From: Vicugna vicugna
Lineage: Eukaryota
Direction of reading: 5' to 3'
Assembly (NCBI GenBank): GCA_013265495.1
Contig: MU058444.1
Span: 930,001-994,000 of the forward strand
Length of the DNA stretch: 64,000 nucleotides
Part shown: piece by piece, positions 51,410 to 64,000 of the stretch
How positions within the stretch are numbered: the stretch's first letter is position 1
Layout: each line of letters begins with the position of its first letter
Notes under the pieces: model-generated
Seen by the model: only the letters and a program-made list of their open reading frames with translations
Databases searched by the model: none
What the model was told of the DNA's origin: nothing
Translations under genes and position numbers: made by a program

Positions 51410-52992
51410 ATGTTAAAAGTAGCCAGCACCATACTGAAGGAGAAATATGAAGATGGTAGACCTCAAGGCTTACTGTAAAGCTACAGCAATCAAGGCAGTG
51501 TAGTGTTGGTGAAAGAACAGACTAAAGTGTCAGAGGATGAGAATAGGGTGTCCAGAAGCTGACCCACATAAATACAGTCAACTCATCTCACTAAGAGCAA
51601 GGCTGTGCAACCAAGCAATGAGGACCTTCTCAACAAAAGGTATTAGAATAACTGGACACTCACATAAAAAAGCAATCTAGGCACAGAGCAGATGCCCTTT
51701 ACAATCATTAATTCAAAATTAATCTAGACCTGAAATATAAAACACAAAATTCTGAAAGTCCTAGAAGAGAACACTTCAGGAAACCCACATGACCTTGTTC
51801 ATGAGGATGGGTTTCTAGATAGGACACCAAAGACATGATCCATGAAAGAAATAATTGACAAACTAGCCTTCATTAAAAGCAAAAACTTATGCTCCGTGAA
51901 AGACACTGTCAAGAGATGGATGAGACAACCCACAGATTGGGAGAAAATAATTGCAAAAGACACTTCTTACAAAGGACCGTTATCCAAGATATGCAAGGAA
52001 CTCTTGACAGTCAGCAATAAGAAAATAAACAACTCAAAGAAAAGTGGACCAAAGGCCTTAACAGACACCTCACCAAATAAGATATACTGGTGACAAAGAA
52101 GCATATAAATTTTGGTTTAAATAAATGGATTTTGGCCCTACTTGAATGGCCAAAATCTGGAGCCTGACAGCACCAAATGCTACCTAGGACGTGGAGCAGC
52201 AGGCACAATTACTCCTCACTTTGGGGAACACAGGACGGTACAGCCACTGTGAGAGACATGCTGGCAACTCCCTACAAAAGTAAACATACTCTCCCCACAG
52301 GGTCCAGCAATCAGGCTCCTTGATATTTCCCCAGAAGTGCTGAAAACTTATGTTCACGAAAACAGCTGCACATGGATGCTTATGGCAGCTTTCTTCATAA
52401 TTGTCAAAACCTGGAAGCCATCACTATGCCCTTCAGTAGGTAAATGGATAAAGAAACTGGTATTACCAGACAATGGAGTAGTGCTCGCTGCTAAAAAGAA
52501 AGGGGCTTAGAAAAGCTTAGAAAACACATGGATGAACCTCAAGTGTGTATTAGTAAGTGAAAGCAGTCTGTATGAAAAGGCTACATAGTGTATGATTTCA
52601 ACAATAAGGCATTTTGTAAAAGGCAAGAAAACATGGAGACAAGAAGAACGAAGGGGTTGCCAGGCATTGAGGGTCAGGGAGAGGAGAGAGAGCATAGAAT
52701 AGAGGATTTTCAAGGCAGTGAAACTATTGCTTGATGCTGTAATGATGGATATAAATCATTACACATTTGTCCAAACCCATAGAATGTACAACACCGAGAG
52801 TGAACCGTAAGGTCAGCTACGGGCTCTGAGTGACAATGACATGTCAGTGTCGGATCACCAACTGTAACAGATGTGCTCATAGGTTGGGGGGGATGGATAT
52901 GGGGACAAGGACATGTGGGAAAACTCTGTACCTTCCGCTCAGTTTTGCTGTGAATCTAAAACGGCTTTAACAAATAAAATCTAATTTTAAAA
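51410..52992 (+). mobile_element. L1MC-like element (ORF2 3' part and 3' UTR)
   Basis: ORF fragment MKEIIDKLAFIKSKNLCSVKDTVKRWMRQPTDWEKIIAK; L1MC-type 3' UTR (cattacacatttgtccaaacccatagaatgtacaacacc...ctctgtaccttccgctcagttttgctgtgaa). Confidence 0.9.
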
Positions 52993-53835
52993 CATGAAAA
53001 ATAAATTATGATCATGTTGCATTAAAATATCCTAGGGCAATCGACAAGTATAAGTTTTCATGTGTGTATTTACTTACCATCTTCTTCCAAAAAGGATATA
53101 AGGTAGCTAAGAACCTAAGAGAGACTCTGGCAAATGAAAGCTCTAGAAGCCTAGGACAGAGACGGCTCTCATCTAAAACCACTTGTCAGTTGGAGGGGAG
53201 ACCAGTCCACAGGTAATAATCTTAGATAAGGGAATCTCTGAGGACCGCCAATCACAGTCGAGTCAGAAAAACTTGCAGAAACACAGGAATCAACAGCAGA
53301 ATAAAGAACGCAAAATGACACAACCCAAACATATCTGCGATGATAAGCAGTTTTAGTATAGCTACTTTTCGGTGGCTCTAATGGCCCATTGGTTTATTGC
53401 TCATTGTGGAATTTACATCGCCTGATATCATTATCCCAAATCCACCAGGGAAACAAAAAGATGAGTTTAAATTGTATCAAAATGTTTTGAGACAAAAAAA
53501 AAAATTAGGTAGTGGCTAGACTCCTGTTTAAATGTTTATGCCTGGAGACTGATGCTATATTGCATTTAAATGGCGCATGAGAAAATACAAGAAAAGAAAA
53601 CAATTTTCATGGCATTGTGACAGAATCATTTGAAAATTTAAAGCAAAACACCTCTTTAATTAAAACCTTTTCCCTGAATACAGGCAGCGTGTGAATTTAG
53701 TAAATTATATAGTTTCTGAAGTGAATGCGACTTAATTATAATGCATCCCTTTTGTGTAATACTTCTTTGCACGTTTGCATGTTGCATGCTACCCACTTAT
53801 TGCATGTTCTTGCCAAGAAGGCATTGCCTTGTACT

Positions 53836-54004
53836 CTTTTTCTCAGTTTTATTGAGATATAGTTTGTATACAAAAAGCTACATGTAATTAATGTGTACAG
53901 TTGGATGAATTTGGTATATGTACACACTTGTGTGAATCAAGGCATAAACATCCATGAACTCCAATAATGTCCTTTTTTTTTTTGAGAAAGAACACTTAAT
54001 ATGA
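53836..54004 (-). mobile_element. Old L1 3' end fragment
   Basis: ttttattgagatatagtttgtatacaaaaagctacatgtaattaatgtgtacagttggatgaatttgg. Confidence 0.75.
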
Positions 54005-54005
54005 G

Positions 54006-54810
54006 TGCAAAATAATAGAAAAAAAATATGTATATTGGTCTCTACCCATGGTTCCTGGCACAGAACTTCTAAAACCCTTATAATTTCCTAAGTGATAAGG
54101 GCGTTTTCCTTTCTGTTATTTGGTTCTTAAGCCTAGTTCCCAACACACAGATCCTAAATTTCTTATGATTTCCTTGGTGATAGGAGAATCCTTTTGTTTT
54201 AATGAGGTGACTCTTGGTGGACTCCTAGATGGCTTAAAAATAAGGCACAGTCACCAGAAAGACCCAGCCATGACTGGAAGTTTGAAACTTTCAGCACCGT
54301 CTTCTGGGAAGAGGAGAGGGGCTGGAGATTAAGTTAATGATCATGCTTATTTGAAGAAGTCTCCATAAAAATCCCCAAAGTATGGTGTTTGGAAGACTTT
54401 GGGTTGGTAAACACATCCACGTGCTGGCAAAGTGGTCAGGAGTCTTCTGGACTGCACCCTGAGTGTTGCTTTATCTGGCTGTTCATCTGTATCTTATTAT
54501 ATAATAAATTGATAAATGCTAAGTAAGTGCTTCCCTGAGTTCTGTAAGCTGTTCTAGCAAATGATCAAACTTGAGGAGGCGGGGTCCTGGGAGCCTCTGC
54601 AATTTACCGCTGGCTGGTCAGAGGCACAGATGACAACCTGAAATAAGACTGGCTTTTGAAATGGAGGAGGGCAACGTTACAGGACTGAGCCCATAACCCG
54701 CAGGATCCAAACTAACTTACGGGTCAGAGTTAAACTGAGCTGTGGGACAGCCAGCTGTTGTCAGAGCATTGCTCGTTGTAGAAAACCCACACACATGGTC
54801 TCAGAAGGTA
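54006..54810 (+). mobile_element. MER21-like LTR
   Basis: ggttcctggcacagaacttctaaaaccctt, taatgaggtgactcttggtgg, gtcaccagaaagac, ctggctgttcatctgtatc, ttccctgagttctgtaagctgttctagcaaat. Confidence 0.85.
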
Positions 54811-56599
54811 GGTATGCCAGCAACAGAAATGTGAAAATTCGAGAATAGAACTTGGATAAAGGCAAGGGTTGTAAACACAAATGCTTGCAAGAAACGGGCA
54901 AGAAGGAGGAAGAAGTAAGGCAATCTGGGGGGAAGGAGTGAAGAAGATGACCAGAAGTTAAGAGGGGCATTTCCTATTCAGCTCTATCTGCCGGGGGGCG
55001 GGGGGGGGGAGATCATCATTACCAGATCACCTGATTTGCCAAGGGAATCTGAAAATTGTAGAAAGTCTTCATTTTAAATGTTGGTAAATAATTTCATTTT
55101 TTTTTTAAGTCAACACTGTAGAGTCCAAATAAGATATTTCCATCAGGCTTCATGTGAGCTTTGGGAAACGGTTAATAACGTCTGGCATAGAGAATGACAC
55201 CTTTAGACTTTACTTCTTTGGGATTCCATGGTGCTCCTGTTAGCTCAGTGGTTTGCAGGCGTGGCTCCTGATGGGATTCAGTGAGTCCTATTTCACAGCT
55301 CAGGAAAACAAGAACAAAGGCAAACAAAACCATTTACGCGCTTTTTTCTTGTCCTTTGAAGTTTTAAAATATATTGCAGTTTTGAGTGGTTTTCCAAGCC
55401 TTTGTGCACAATCTCAAGTGGAATGTATCATACAACCTAAGGTCCTAAGCTATTCCTTTTTTTCATGCTTTTTGTACAACTTCAGTAACAGCTTTGCTGT
55501 GTGTGCTCCATGCTGGTCTGCCATATGCATTTAGCGTTTTCTCCTTATTTGCCTCAAAATGCAAATCCTATGGTGTATGAGAAATGCTGTTTTGCTTACA
55601 TCTAAATAGAAAGAAATTATAGCATATTCTCAGAAAAAAAATACTTCTTTATGAAGCAGTCATTTATTTCACAGAAAGGGAGATGAAAAAGCCATGTAGT
55701 TTGTGCATTAGAAGAAATGGTTTCTTATTCTTCTGTATTAATGGTAAATCTGAAAGGCATGAACTCAAGGAAAGAATGGTTGCGTTTCTTTTTATTTTAA
55801 AGCCACGTTTAGGCATAATGATGTCACTGCGTGTTATCATTAAATGCTCTTGAATACTTTATGCTTTGTAAATGTGGCTCAAATTCTAGGTTTAAATGGT
55901 AGGCTAACTGAGACACGTGTTTTCATGTGGTGGAAAAATTATCTATATTTTGACACCCTCCCTCAAATTTCAAATGGGCCAGAAAGGGAGATAAATTTTT
56001 AGTAATAATCATGCCAGGAGCAGTGCTTCTCAACCTTTTTTATCGAAAAAAAAATTCCTTTAAAGTTTCAAGTCTTATCACAAAACTTGTAGTATTTCAC
56101 TTTTAAGAGTTTTTCTGAGTAAAAATCCCTTGGGATTGGGCAGCACTGAACTGGAAGTGGTGAAGAATGCTCCTCCGTCAGGAGCTGGAGGAGACACTTT
56201 TACAGAGAAAAGACTGAGTGAGGAATTAATAGATTGGCTGTTTGGGATCAGCTGTCATTAGCATTTTGATTTTGTGACACTGAGACACCTACAGGCTGAG
56301 ATTCTGGGTTTCACGGAGGCTGCCGCCGCGTGAGAGTCCCCTCAGTCTAAAGGCCATCTTGTTCAGTTAGGTTAGCAACTCCCCCTTTCGGTCATCCCTT
56401 CACTCACGAGAAGCTGACCCCAAACTGAGTGCTGGCAGCACCCTCGGTCCTCAGAGTTAAGTTGCTTTTGTCTCCTTGTGAAACTACTGAATTATGACAG
56501 GAGACCTGGAGAGCTGTTTTTGCTGTTCATCTCATTGTTAATCTTGTTTCTGTTTCTCCAAGGGCAGTGAGACCATATCATGCGCTGATGGCTGTGAAC

Positions 56600-56918
56600 A
56601 TGAGTTTAAGATCTCTGAGAGGGCACAGTACACTAGGGAGACTGCAGTGATGATGATTAGGAGGATAGTATCAAGAGACTGAAGTGTATTCTTAAGCCAG
56701 GGCTCATGTGAACCAAACCAGTTGGTACGAAATAGGTCAAGAAACGTCCTTGAAGGGAAATCAACTTGGTTAGTCGACTGTTTGTTAATTCCCTGTATTT
56801 GCTACACCACCAAAGCTGTTGATCAAGGTACGGCAGCAAAAGGTATTTGCTATGGCACAGACCCTCCTTTTTTAGCCAATAAGCAATCTAAAGCAATTCT
56901 ATTGTTTAAAATCACCTT
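56600..56918 (-). pseudogene. Gamma-type retroviral env TM remnant
   Basis: Minus strand KVILNNRIALDCLLAKKGG/(1-nt frameshift)/CAIANTFCC gives the immunosuppressive domain plus CX6CC. It is followed by WFGSHEPWLKNTLQSLDTILLIIITAVSLVYC (membrane anchor). Confidence 0.88.
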
Positions 56919-57229
56919 AGAAAAAAGCCTAGGGACTTCGTTGTGCAGCTATGGACTTAAGAATAGATTCAGCAATGATTGCCAGAGCTAAGGAAGACTG
57001 CCTTTCCATGCACTACTGGAGAGAAAGAGCAAGTAGCAAAAAGGCCGAAGGAATAAAAGTCTCCTATTGGAGATGGAGATCTTGATCTGTGACCTTGGTA
57101 GAGCTGTTTGTCTCAAGATGCCATCTGCTTTTGAGGAGAGACTTCCTTAGTCAATTTTAATTTTAGATCTCCAGCTGGTATGCAGTTCTAAGAGTCTGGA
57201 GGAACCCTTTTTAATGGTTGGGTGGAGTG

Positions 57230-57332
57230 TAGACTCAAGGGTGAAGTCCCTGAAGTTTGGCTGCTGTCTGGGAGGTGAGGAGGACCTGATATGGTCCCTT
57301 CCAAAAAGGTTCAAGAGCAGCTTTGTTCTTAG
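57230..57332 (-). pseudogene. Retroviral integrase C-terminal (GPY/F) remnant
   Basis: Minus strand KNKAALEPFWKGPYQVLLTSQTAAKLQGLHP*V. Confidence 0.85.
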
Positions 57333-59673
57333 TGATTCCAAATCAGAAGGGTGGCAGACACCTGGAAACATTAGTCTGGGGAGTCGTAGCCAGGTACTTG
57401 AGGAAACAAAAAGAAATCAGGATCCAATTGTGTTTACAGACATACAATAAAACACCAAAGGCAGTGAAGGGACTGGACTCTGATACGCACGTGGTTGTGG
57501 GATAATTTTACACTGTTTGCTGTATACTTTTTTTCCTCTTTATTTCACCCTCATTTCTATCAAAGATGAACTCAGTAAAGCTAATTTGTTTGTAAAGTAA
57601 GTCTAGTGTCATTGAACTTGGCCTGATTATTTATCTAAGTGCAGTAAGAATGGTGACTGAGCTCTTTTAAAATCTGTTTTGCTGGAACTTTTCATAAGGA
57701 ATCTTAGGTTGGACTTTTAAAAGCCTCACCAGGCTAACAAGCCAAGCCAAGAACTCACCATCAGACTTTGCCTGCAATAATTACACATTTTGGTGAATCT
57801 CTCCCTCCTTGAGGTCCCCAAGATATTCTGAGATCCCTGCTCCTGTCAGGAAGTGAACTCCCTTACTCACCCGGGAAGGCTGCTGGGAACATTTTAAACA
57901 AGGTACCAGGCCACTTGTTTCAAGGGACTTTTATTGGCGCCATCAAGTCAACCTTAGTTCCTTAAAACTGCCTGGTCATACTGATTTTATGCATATTCTC
58001 AAATAATTCCAGTCAAAGCCTTGATAATACAATCAGTGTTTCCAATTGTGTCCTGTTACAAATAAAGCAGATTTTTACTGACCTTGTGTAAATAACTATA
58101 TAACCATGAAAATAAGCCTACTTAATCAGTTTCTGACTTCTGGAGGGATTAGGTATGCAGAAAAAGTAATCATTTTACTTCTGTTTGCTGAATTGTACTC
58201 TACAAGATTACTATAAATCATAGATAGTTTAAGAAAAGAAGTTTGGAAAAAAATCTGAAAAAATAAAGCATTGTTACTGGCAATATTTCAAAGAAAAAGC
58301 TGCAAAAAAATGATAATCATTTTCATTACTTTATTCAATCCCATATTATGAATTCTCAGTCTGCTTGAATCCAGTTTTTCCATTAGTTCTGGACATTTTT
58401 ATCCAGTTTAGGTTTATGATCTTAATGTTATCAGAAATCCATATGTTGGTAAGAAAAAAAAAAAAAAACCTTTGCTTTCCAGGTAGATTACCCAAAAGGT
58501 AAAGAAATAAAACCTTCCAAAATCTTTTATCAAGAGAAGACAAATATTCCAGTAAAATTTTATAGTTACTAAAAGCAAAGGAAAAAAAAAAGCCCACAAA
58601 TTCTAATTTTGTACCAATGTAATTTTAATATTAAAAAAACAGTCTTTAAAAATGTAAACAAATCCATTCCAATTTATAGTCAGCTTGAGCACTCATAAAA
58701 TTTATTTTCCAAAATTCCTTTTCCACAGACTTTCTGTGACATCTTTTTGTATTTATTCAGGGTTTGTCTTATGAGAATTACTTCCCTGAAGTTGACATTT
58801 CGTAAGATGGCTCTGGGTTCCAAAAGAAGACCAGGTAGAGCATTTACATCTCAAAGCCACAAAGAATGTGGTTTTCTCCAAAAAGGGCCTTTATTTCCTA
58901 AATCCAGATCTTTTATAATATCTGCACACCTTTTGAGAAGAAAAGGGGAAGTTTGGAGACTGATAAAAAGGATAGATGTCTTTAAATTGTTTCCAGAGCT
59001 CCATTTCTGTTCCTGTAAAGACTTGATCTGTGATACACGTATGCTTGTTTTTAATTCCTCAATGAACTGGGTGGCAACTTGAGTGACAGCAAGACTCTGA
59101 CACAGCTCTCCCTCTGCATGATCCTCAACATGCTACTTTATAACAGGGAGAAGATCTTCATATAAGATGGACATCAAAAGAATTCTATGTTCTAGATTTA
59201 AAGCTGTTTCTTTCGAATGTTTTAGTAAATCCACCGACAATGGTTTCAGAATGTTTTTCTTTCCCTCTGGGTACAAAGTTTCATTTTAGCTTAGGAGAGA
59301 AGGCTTAAAAAATGCTTTTATCAGGCTCTGAATATCAGCTTTCAATGTGGCCAACTTCTGACCATAGAGCTATTTAAAAATAAAAAAATCTTTTACGTAT
59401 CTTGTCAGAATTCAACCAGGAAAACCAGTAAATACTCCTGAAAGTATTGAACCACCCCATGGACACAAGAAACTGTGGAGGAGGAAAAATGATTTTCCTT
59501 CTACCATTTGTGGCTACTGCCTGGCTGGGACCCCCTTTTCTCGAACACTTTGAATATGCTAAGCTTCTTTAAGATGGTTCAAAGTTCTCCACTGCGGCCA
59601 GTGTAATTCAAGATTATCTTTGGTGACTTTAACGTATGTGTTCAGCCTCAAAACAGGATTTTATTCACCCAAG

Positions 59674-60295
59674 TGATGCAGGAAAAACGGATGTGGGGCG
59701 TGAGGAGGGCTGTGTCCCAGGCTTCGGTTGAGCCCCTGGGATGTGCCCTGCCAGGCGTGGGTCCTTGGCTTCGCACAGGAAAGAATTCAAGAGCGAGCCA
59801 CAGTTGAGTAAAGGTAGATTTATTCAGAGAGATACATTGAAAAGCAAGAGAAAGGCCAGGAGGTGTGGGGTTGGGTGCTCAGACTAGAAGTAGGTACATA
59901 GACAGTGTGAGCCTTCTCAGAAGTAGGAGGAGAGAGAGAGAGGCTGTGAGGGGCAGAGTTGCCCATTTTTATGGGCTTTAGTAGCTCCATATGCAAATAA
60001 GTGGAAGGACCAGTCTAACTAGCCCGGAGAAGGGGCTGGGATTCCCAGGAAGTTGGCCATTTCCCACCCTTTGACCTTTTGTGGCTAGCCTTGGGGCTGC
60101 CATGGCGCCTGTGGGCGTGTTATTCACCATGCTAATATATTACAATAAGCATATAATGAAGCTCAAGGTCTACTAGAAGTTGAATCTCCCACCACCTTGA
60201 GCCTCAAGGCCTGCTGGAGGTTGAATCTTTCACCGTTTTGACATTAATTGCTGCAGCTTCCTTGAAGGGCTGTGCCCCGCCCTCCTCCTGCCTCA
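59674..60295 (-). mobile_element. Younger ERV1 solo LTR nested in the older provirus
   Basis: TG...CA ends with an imperfect TSD (caag/caaa). Minus-strand TATA-like cataaaaa at 59966-59973 and AATAAA at 59819-59824; CpG retained. Confidence 0.85.
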
Positions 60296-61157
60296 CAAAG
60301 GAACACAGCAGCCCCGGTCTGGTTTCTAAGTCAGACCCCGTCAGACCTCAAAGCGAGTCCAACTCCGGCCAATTTCTGGACCCAGGCCAGAAAAAGGAAT
60401 GCTCAAATAAAGTCCGAAAGCGCATAAATGAGAACATTGCAAAGCTAGACTCTAGGATCGGAGAGGGGCTTTTCCCCACCTCCAGAGGCGAGAACAAAGC
60501 AGCCAACTGAGAGCCCCAGCAGGTGCTGACATCGGTGGCTAGCTGCTCCCGGGGGCCGTCGGGGGGCTCCTCTGGTGCCCTCTTCTGACAGTAGAACAGT
60601 TAAGAGATAAACTGGGGCATATTAAAATTTTCTTACACGTTTGTTTGTGCAAAAATGGATTCCAATCAGGCGGTGCCCAACCAGAAGTGTTCGGCAGCGC
60701 TCCCAAAGACTTCTTGATTAACAAATTATTGTCTTAAATGATGTATCACTAAAACAAGAGTCTCCTACCCATCTCAGGGGTTTCCAGCTACAGGGTTTGT
60801 TAGCGGTTAGGACAAGTAGTCAGACTTCCTGGTTCAAATTTGGCTTCATCGCTTACCATCTTAGGCAAGTCACTAACTTGCTATACAATAGTATGCGACT
60901 ACGTAGAGTGGATAAAATAGTATGTGATAGTGACAAAAATAAAATATACTGGCAATAAAATGGTACGTACCACATAAGGATGCCCTGGCTTGTGTAATTG
61001 GGAGGGAAAGAGCATGTGCAACTGATGTTTCAATGGAATGCCCTCTGCAAAACACCTAGCTCACTGCCTAGCACAAAGCTGAACCGCCATGGTGCTTTCA
61101 TCACTCAGCATATGCTGCCTCTTGAAAATTCCTGTTATCTGTCTAGGTATCACAGTA

Positions 61158-61766
61158 ACGGCCACCTTAAAGACATCGCGGGTTCCGTTTCAGACCGCCA
61201 CAATAAAGTGAACACTGCAATAAAGCAAGTCACAGGAAGTTTCTGGCTTCTCCTTACATATAAAAGTTACTCTGTGTTTACACAACCGTGGTCTATTAAG
61301 GGTGCAACTGCATTATGTTTAAAAAATAAGGTACATGCCCTAATTAAAAATACTTCATTGCTGAAAAGCGCAAGCCATCACCTGAGCCTTCAGCGGGTCA
61401 TAATCTTTTTGCTGGTGGAGGGTCCTGCTGCCGTCTTGCTGGCTGCTGACTGCTCAGGGTGGTGATTGCCTAAGAGTGGCTGTGGCCATTTCTTAAAGTA
61501 AGACAACAGTGAATTTCGCTGCATCTGTTGACTCTTTCATCCTCTTGAGCGCTGAGAAGCCATTGTAAAATTAATCGGCCTAATTTTAATATTGGTGTGG
61601 CTCAGTGAGTAGGGGAGCCTGAGAAGAGGGGGAGAGATGATGGAACAGCTGGTTGGTGGAGCAGTCAGTATACATACAATATTTATTAAGTTCGCCGTCT
61701 TACAGGGATGTGGTTCATGGCGCCTCAAAACAATTGCAGTAGTGTCATCAAAGACCGCTGATCCCA
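61158..61766 (-). mobile_element. Tigger1 (TcMar) internally deleted fragment
   Basis: cgcgggttccgtttcagaccgccacaataaag, ctgagccttcagcgggtcataatctttttgctggtggagggtc, ttaagttcgccgtcttac...ggcgcctcaaaacaatt match recalled Tigger1. Confidence 0.9.
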
Positions 61767-61830
61767 GAGGAGACCAAGATGGCAGAACGGAAGGATGCAT
61801 AGCTCACCTCCTCCCATGAACACGAGAATA
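61767..61830 (+). mobile_element. L1 extreme 5' end fragment
   Basis: gaggagaccaagatggcagaacggaaggatgcatagctcacctcctcccatgaacac contains the YY1 site caagatggc and resembles the 5' arm at 32340-32384. Confidence 0.65.
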
Positions 61831-61879
61831 CGTTAGAATGGCAGGGACCAAAGGATGTTTTAAAGCTATCGCAGAAAAT

Positions 61880-62200
61880 TTTTGACAATGTTTTGCCAGT
61901 TTATGGTGTACAGCACAATGCTGCAGTCATACATGAATATACATATATTCATTTTCATATTCTTTTTCACCATAAACTACAAGATATTGAATATATTCCC
62001 CTGTGCTATACAGTATAAACTTGTTTACCTATTTTATATATACCAGTTAGTATCTGCAAATCTCGAATTCCCAGTTTATCCCTTCCCACCCCCTTATCCC
62101 TCTGGCTACCACAAGTCTGTATTCTATGTCTGTGACTCTGTTTCTGTTTTATATATAAGTTTATTTGTCTTTTATTTTTTAGATTCCACATATGAATGAT
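61880..62200 (-). mobile_element. Young L1 3' end lacking its extreme terminus
   Basis: acaatgttttgccagtttatggtgtacagc...ttttagattccacatatga. Confidence 0.9.
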
Positions 62201-64000
62201 AAATGATGTTGTCTTTTGATGTGTAATTTTAAACTGTCAAATTACATATAGGACCACAAAGACCTTTCTAGATCTGAATCCAAAGTTTCTTTTTCATTGG
62301 AGTAATCTTGATAACTGTAGATTTAAAGAAAGAAAATTTTAAAAAATTATTACAGTGCCTTGTAGTATTGATGGAATTCAGGGTCCCCTCCCAGCCCCAA
62401 ATCTGCCAAGTTTGTCAACTCTGGGCCACTTTCCAGTCTTAAAATCCATGGTGTTTCTCACCTCATACAGCTCTTACCTGTTTTTGCTGATTACTTTCCT
62501 CCATGGAGACAGATAACCATTTAACCTTGAGTTTAAAACTCTTACCAGCACCTTCTCTGGCCAAGTCATAGCAGAATGAGATCTCAAGATTGCTGCTTCT
62601 GTACAAAACAGCCCATTAAGTATAACAAAAGGGACTGTTTTAACCATTCCCTTTGACTCACTGGAAAATTTTCAAAAGGTGAGCATGTTGAAGTGAGGTC
62701 TTAGGAAATGGTGCAAGTTGAACATTCAGAAAGCGTATTTACTTTAATTCATTTGCTGTGTATTTTTTTCCTATTTGTTAAAAAGTCAAATGGGCAAATA
62801 TTGATTGAACAAACATTAGGATTTAAAAATTGTTCCAAGGAATATTCTGATTTCGGAAAGATAACGTATTACACGTGTTGATTTAATATCAGTTTTCATT
62901 GTTTAACTTTTTGTTAACCACCAAGTAGTTTTCAAGTTCAGTTTTTCTCAGACATCGTGATAAATATATCAAGCAAGGTCGAACAAAACCCTGGGTTAAA
63001 TCCAGCCAACCTGCTGTCAAGCATCTCTTGCACATACCTTGATGTCTCTAATTCTTTCATCTTTAGCGTCTTTCATTAGGGCAGTCGAAGTGCCTGTGAT
63101 TAGTGTGGCTGTTCAAAAACATGTTTGACTTTTTTGTTCAATTCAAAACAGATTTGACCCTTCCCATGGCTCAAGAAGTATTCAGAGCCCCTTTTATTAT
63201 GCTATTTTTTCCTTCCAAAGGTGATTCTGCAAGTGACTGTAAAGGGCACGAAAGAAAATCATTGATTCCTGATTTACTTGTGTTGTCATTGTCATTATCT
63301 TGCTTTCAGTACAGATGTCTTATTTGCAGGTGCAAAAACATGTCTGGTGATTTTTCTTTAAAATTATGAGTTTAGGTGTTCATTTATATAGCTTTATGTT
63401 GTATCATTATTTTGACATGGAAACTAGCCTTCTTGCTGACAGTGTAGAAGGATACAGGATGCAAAGAAAGTCTTCCCCCCAGGACTTCTTTGCTACGGTT
63501 GCCAGCTTCTTCTCTTTTATTTCTGATATAATCTATACATATATGAATATATAGATCTGTCTCTGTCTCTCTCTTTCTATACATAAGAGGGACAGACATA
63601 GTAATAAATAGATACATAGATACATACATAAGCTGCATGAATATATTTATCCCTCCTTTTTTTCCTACATTAAGTATCATAGCACATGTACTTAGACACT
63701 TTTCCCCTCTTCACTTTTTTTTTACATAGTATTATACCTTAAAAAGCTTAAGTTAAAAAAATTAATGTATAAATTAGCATTATTGCAAGACGGGTAGTTT
63801 CACAAAATGTTTGCTTTGTTTCAGGTTTCTCCTTTAAGATACCAAGTTTTATGTGCATTTGAACTTCACAACAGTGAGACCAGTATTTCAAATATCCATT
63901 TCAGTATGTCCTTGCCTTTCTAAATTTACTGCTGATTTTTCCAACCGTCTATTCATTGTGGTTTGATGAGTGCTTCCATCTTCTTATTACGCACCTGGGT

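Larger units (their letters stand above)
56095..60723 (-). mobile_element. Decayed ERV1 (MER4-group-like) provirus: short 5' LTR ~60598-60723, degenerate Leu-type PBS ~60575-60592, noncoding interior, integrase and env remnants, PPT 56378-56388, 3' LTR ~56095-56377
   Basis: The two LTR remnants share aaaaat...ccagaagtg/ctggaagtg...gctcc. The PPT aaagggggagt abuts TG on the minus strand. tgtcagaagaggg resembles the tRNA-Leu PBS tggtgtcagaagtggg. Coding remnants are listed separately. Confidence 0.8.

Noticed and set aside
56600..56918. Domesticated syncytin-like env gene
   Set aside because: There is a frameshift between the ISD and CX6CC, downstream disruptions, and no SU or signal peptide ORF.
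60998..61465. 155-aa ORF
   Set aside because: It reads through MIR-like and antisense Tigger1 sequence; it is not transposase or a known protein.
1..64000. CRISPR arrays, operons, rRNA or other prokaryote-type systems
   Set aside because: No regularly spaced repeat-spacer arrays or gene-dense segments; the sequence is intron- and TE-rich mammalian DNA.

Overview
Mammalian (eukaryotic) genomic DNA, most likely a camelid. This is inferred from five tRNA-Ala-derived SINEs of the camelid Vic-1 type and many young artiodactyl-type L1 3' ends. The only intact gene is the 3' part of FAM83B on the + strand: a 125-nt internal exon (639-763), a large terminal coding exon (4896-7212) and a long AT-rich 3' UTR with candidate poly(A) signals near 11.0-11.15 kb. 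The remaining ~52 kb is intergenic and rich in transposable elements: L1, L2, MIR, hAT and Tigger DNA transposons, MaLR/ERV LTRs, a decayed ERV1 provirus with integrase and env-TM remnants, and a DYNLL1 processed pseudogene. There is one 74-N assembly gap. The most notable observations are (1) a sharply bounded CpG-island-like block (~87% GC at its peak) inside the FAM83B coding exon, whose amino-acid changes look like GC-biased gene conversion, and (2) a ~350-bp TSD-flanked 'mini-L1' made only of an L1 5' end fused to an L1 3' end. Repeat family names and human comparisons come from recall, not from database searches. I found no prokaryote-type systems (CRISPR, operons) and no clearly novel gene system.
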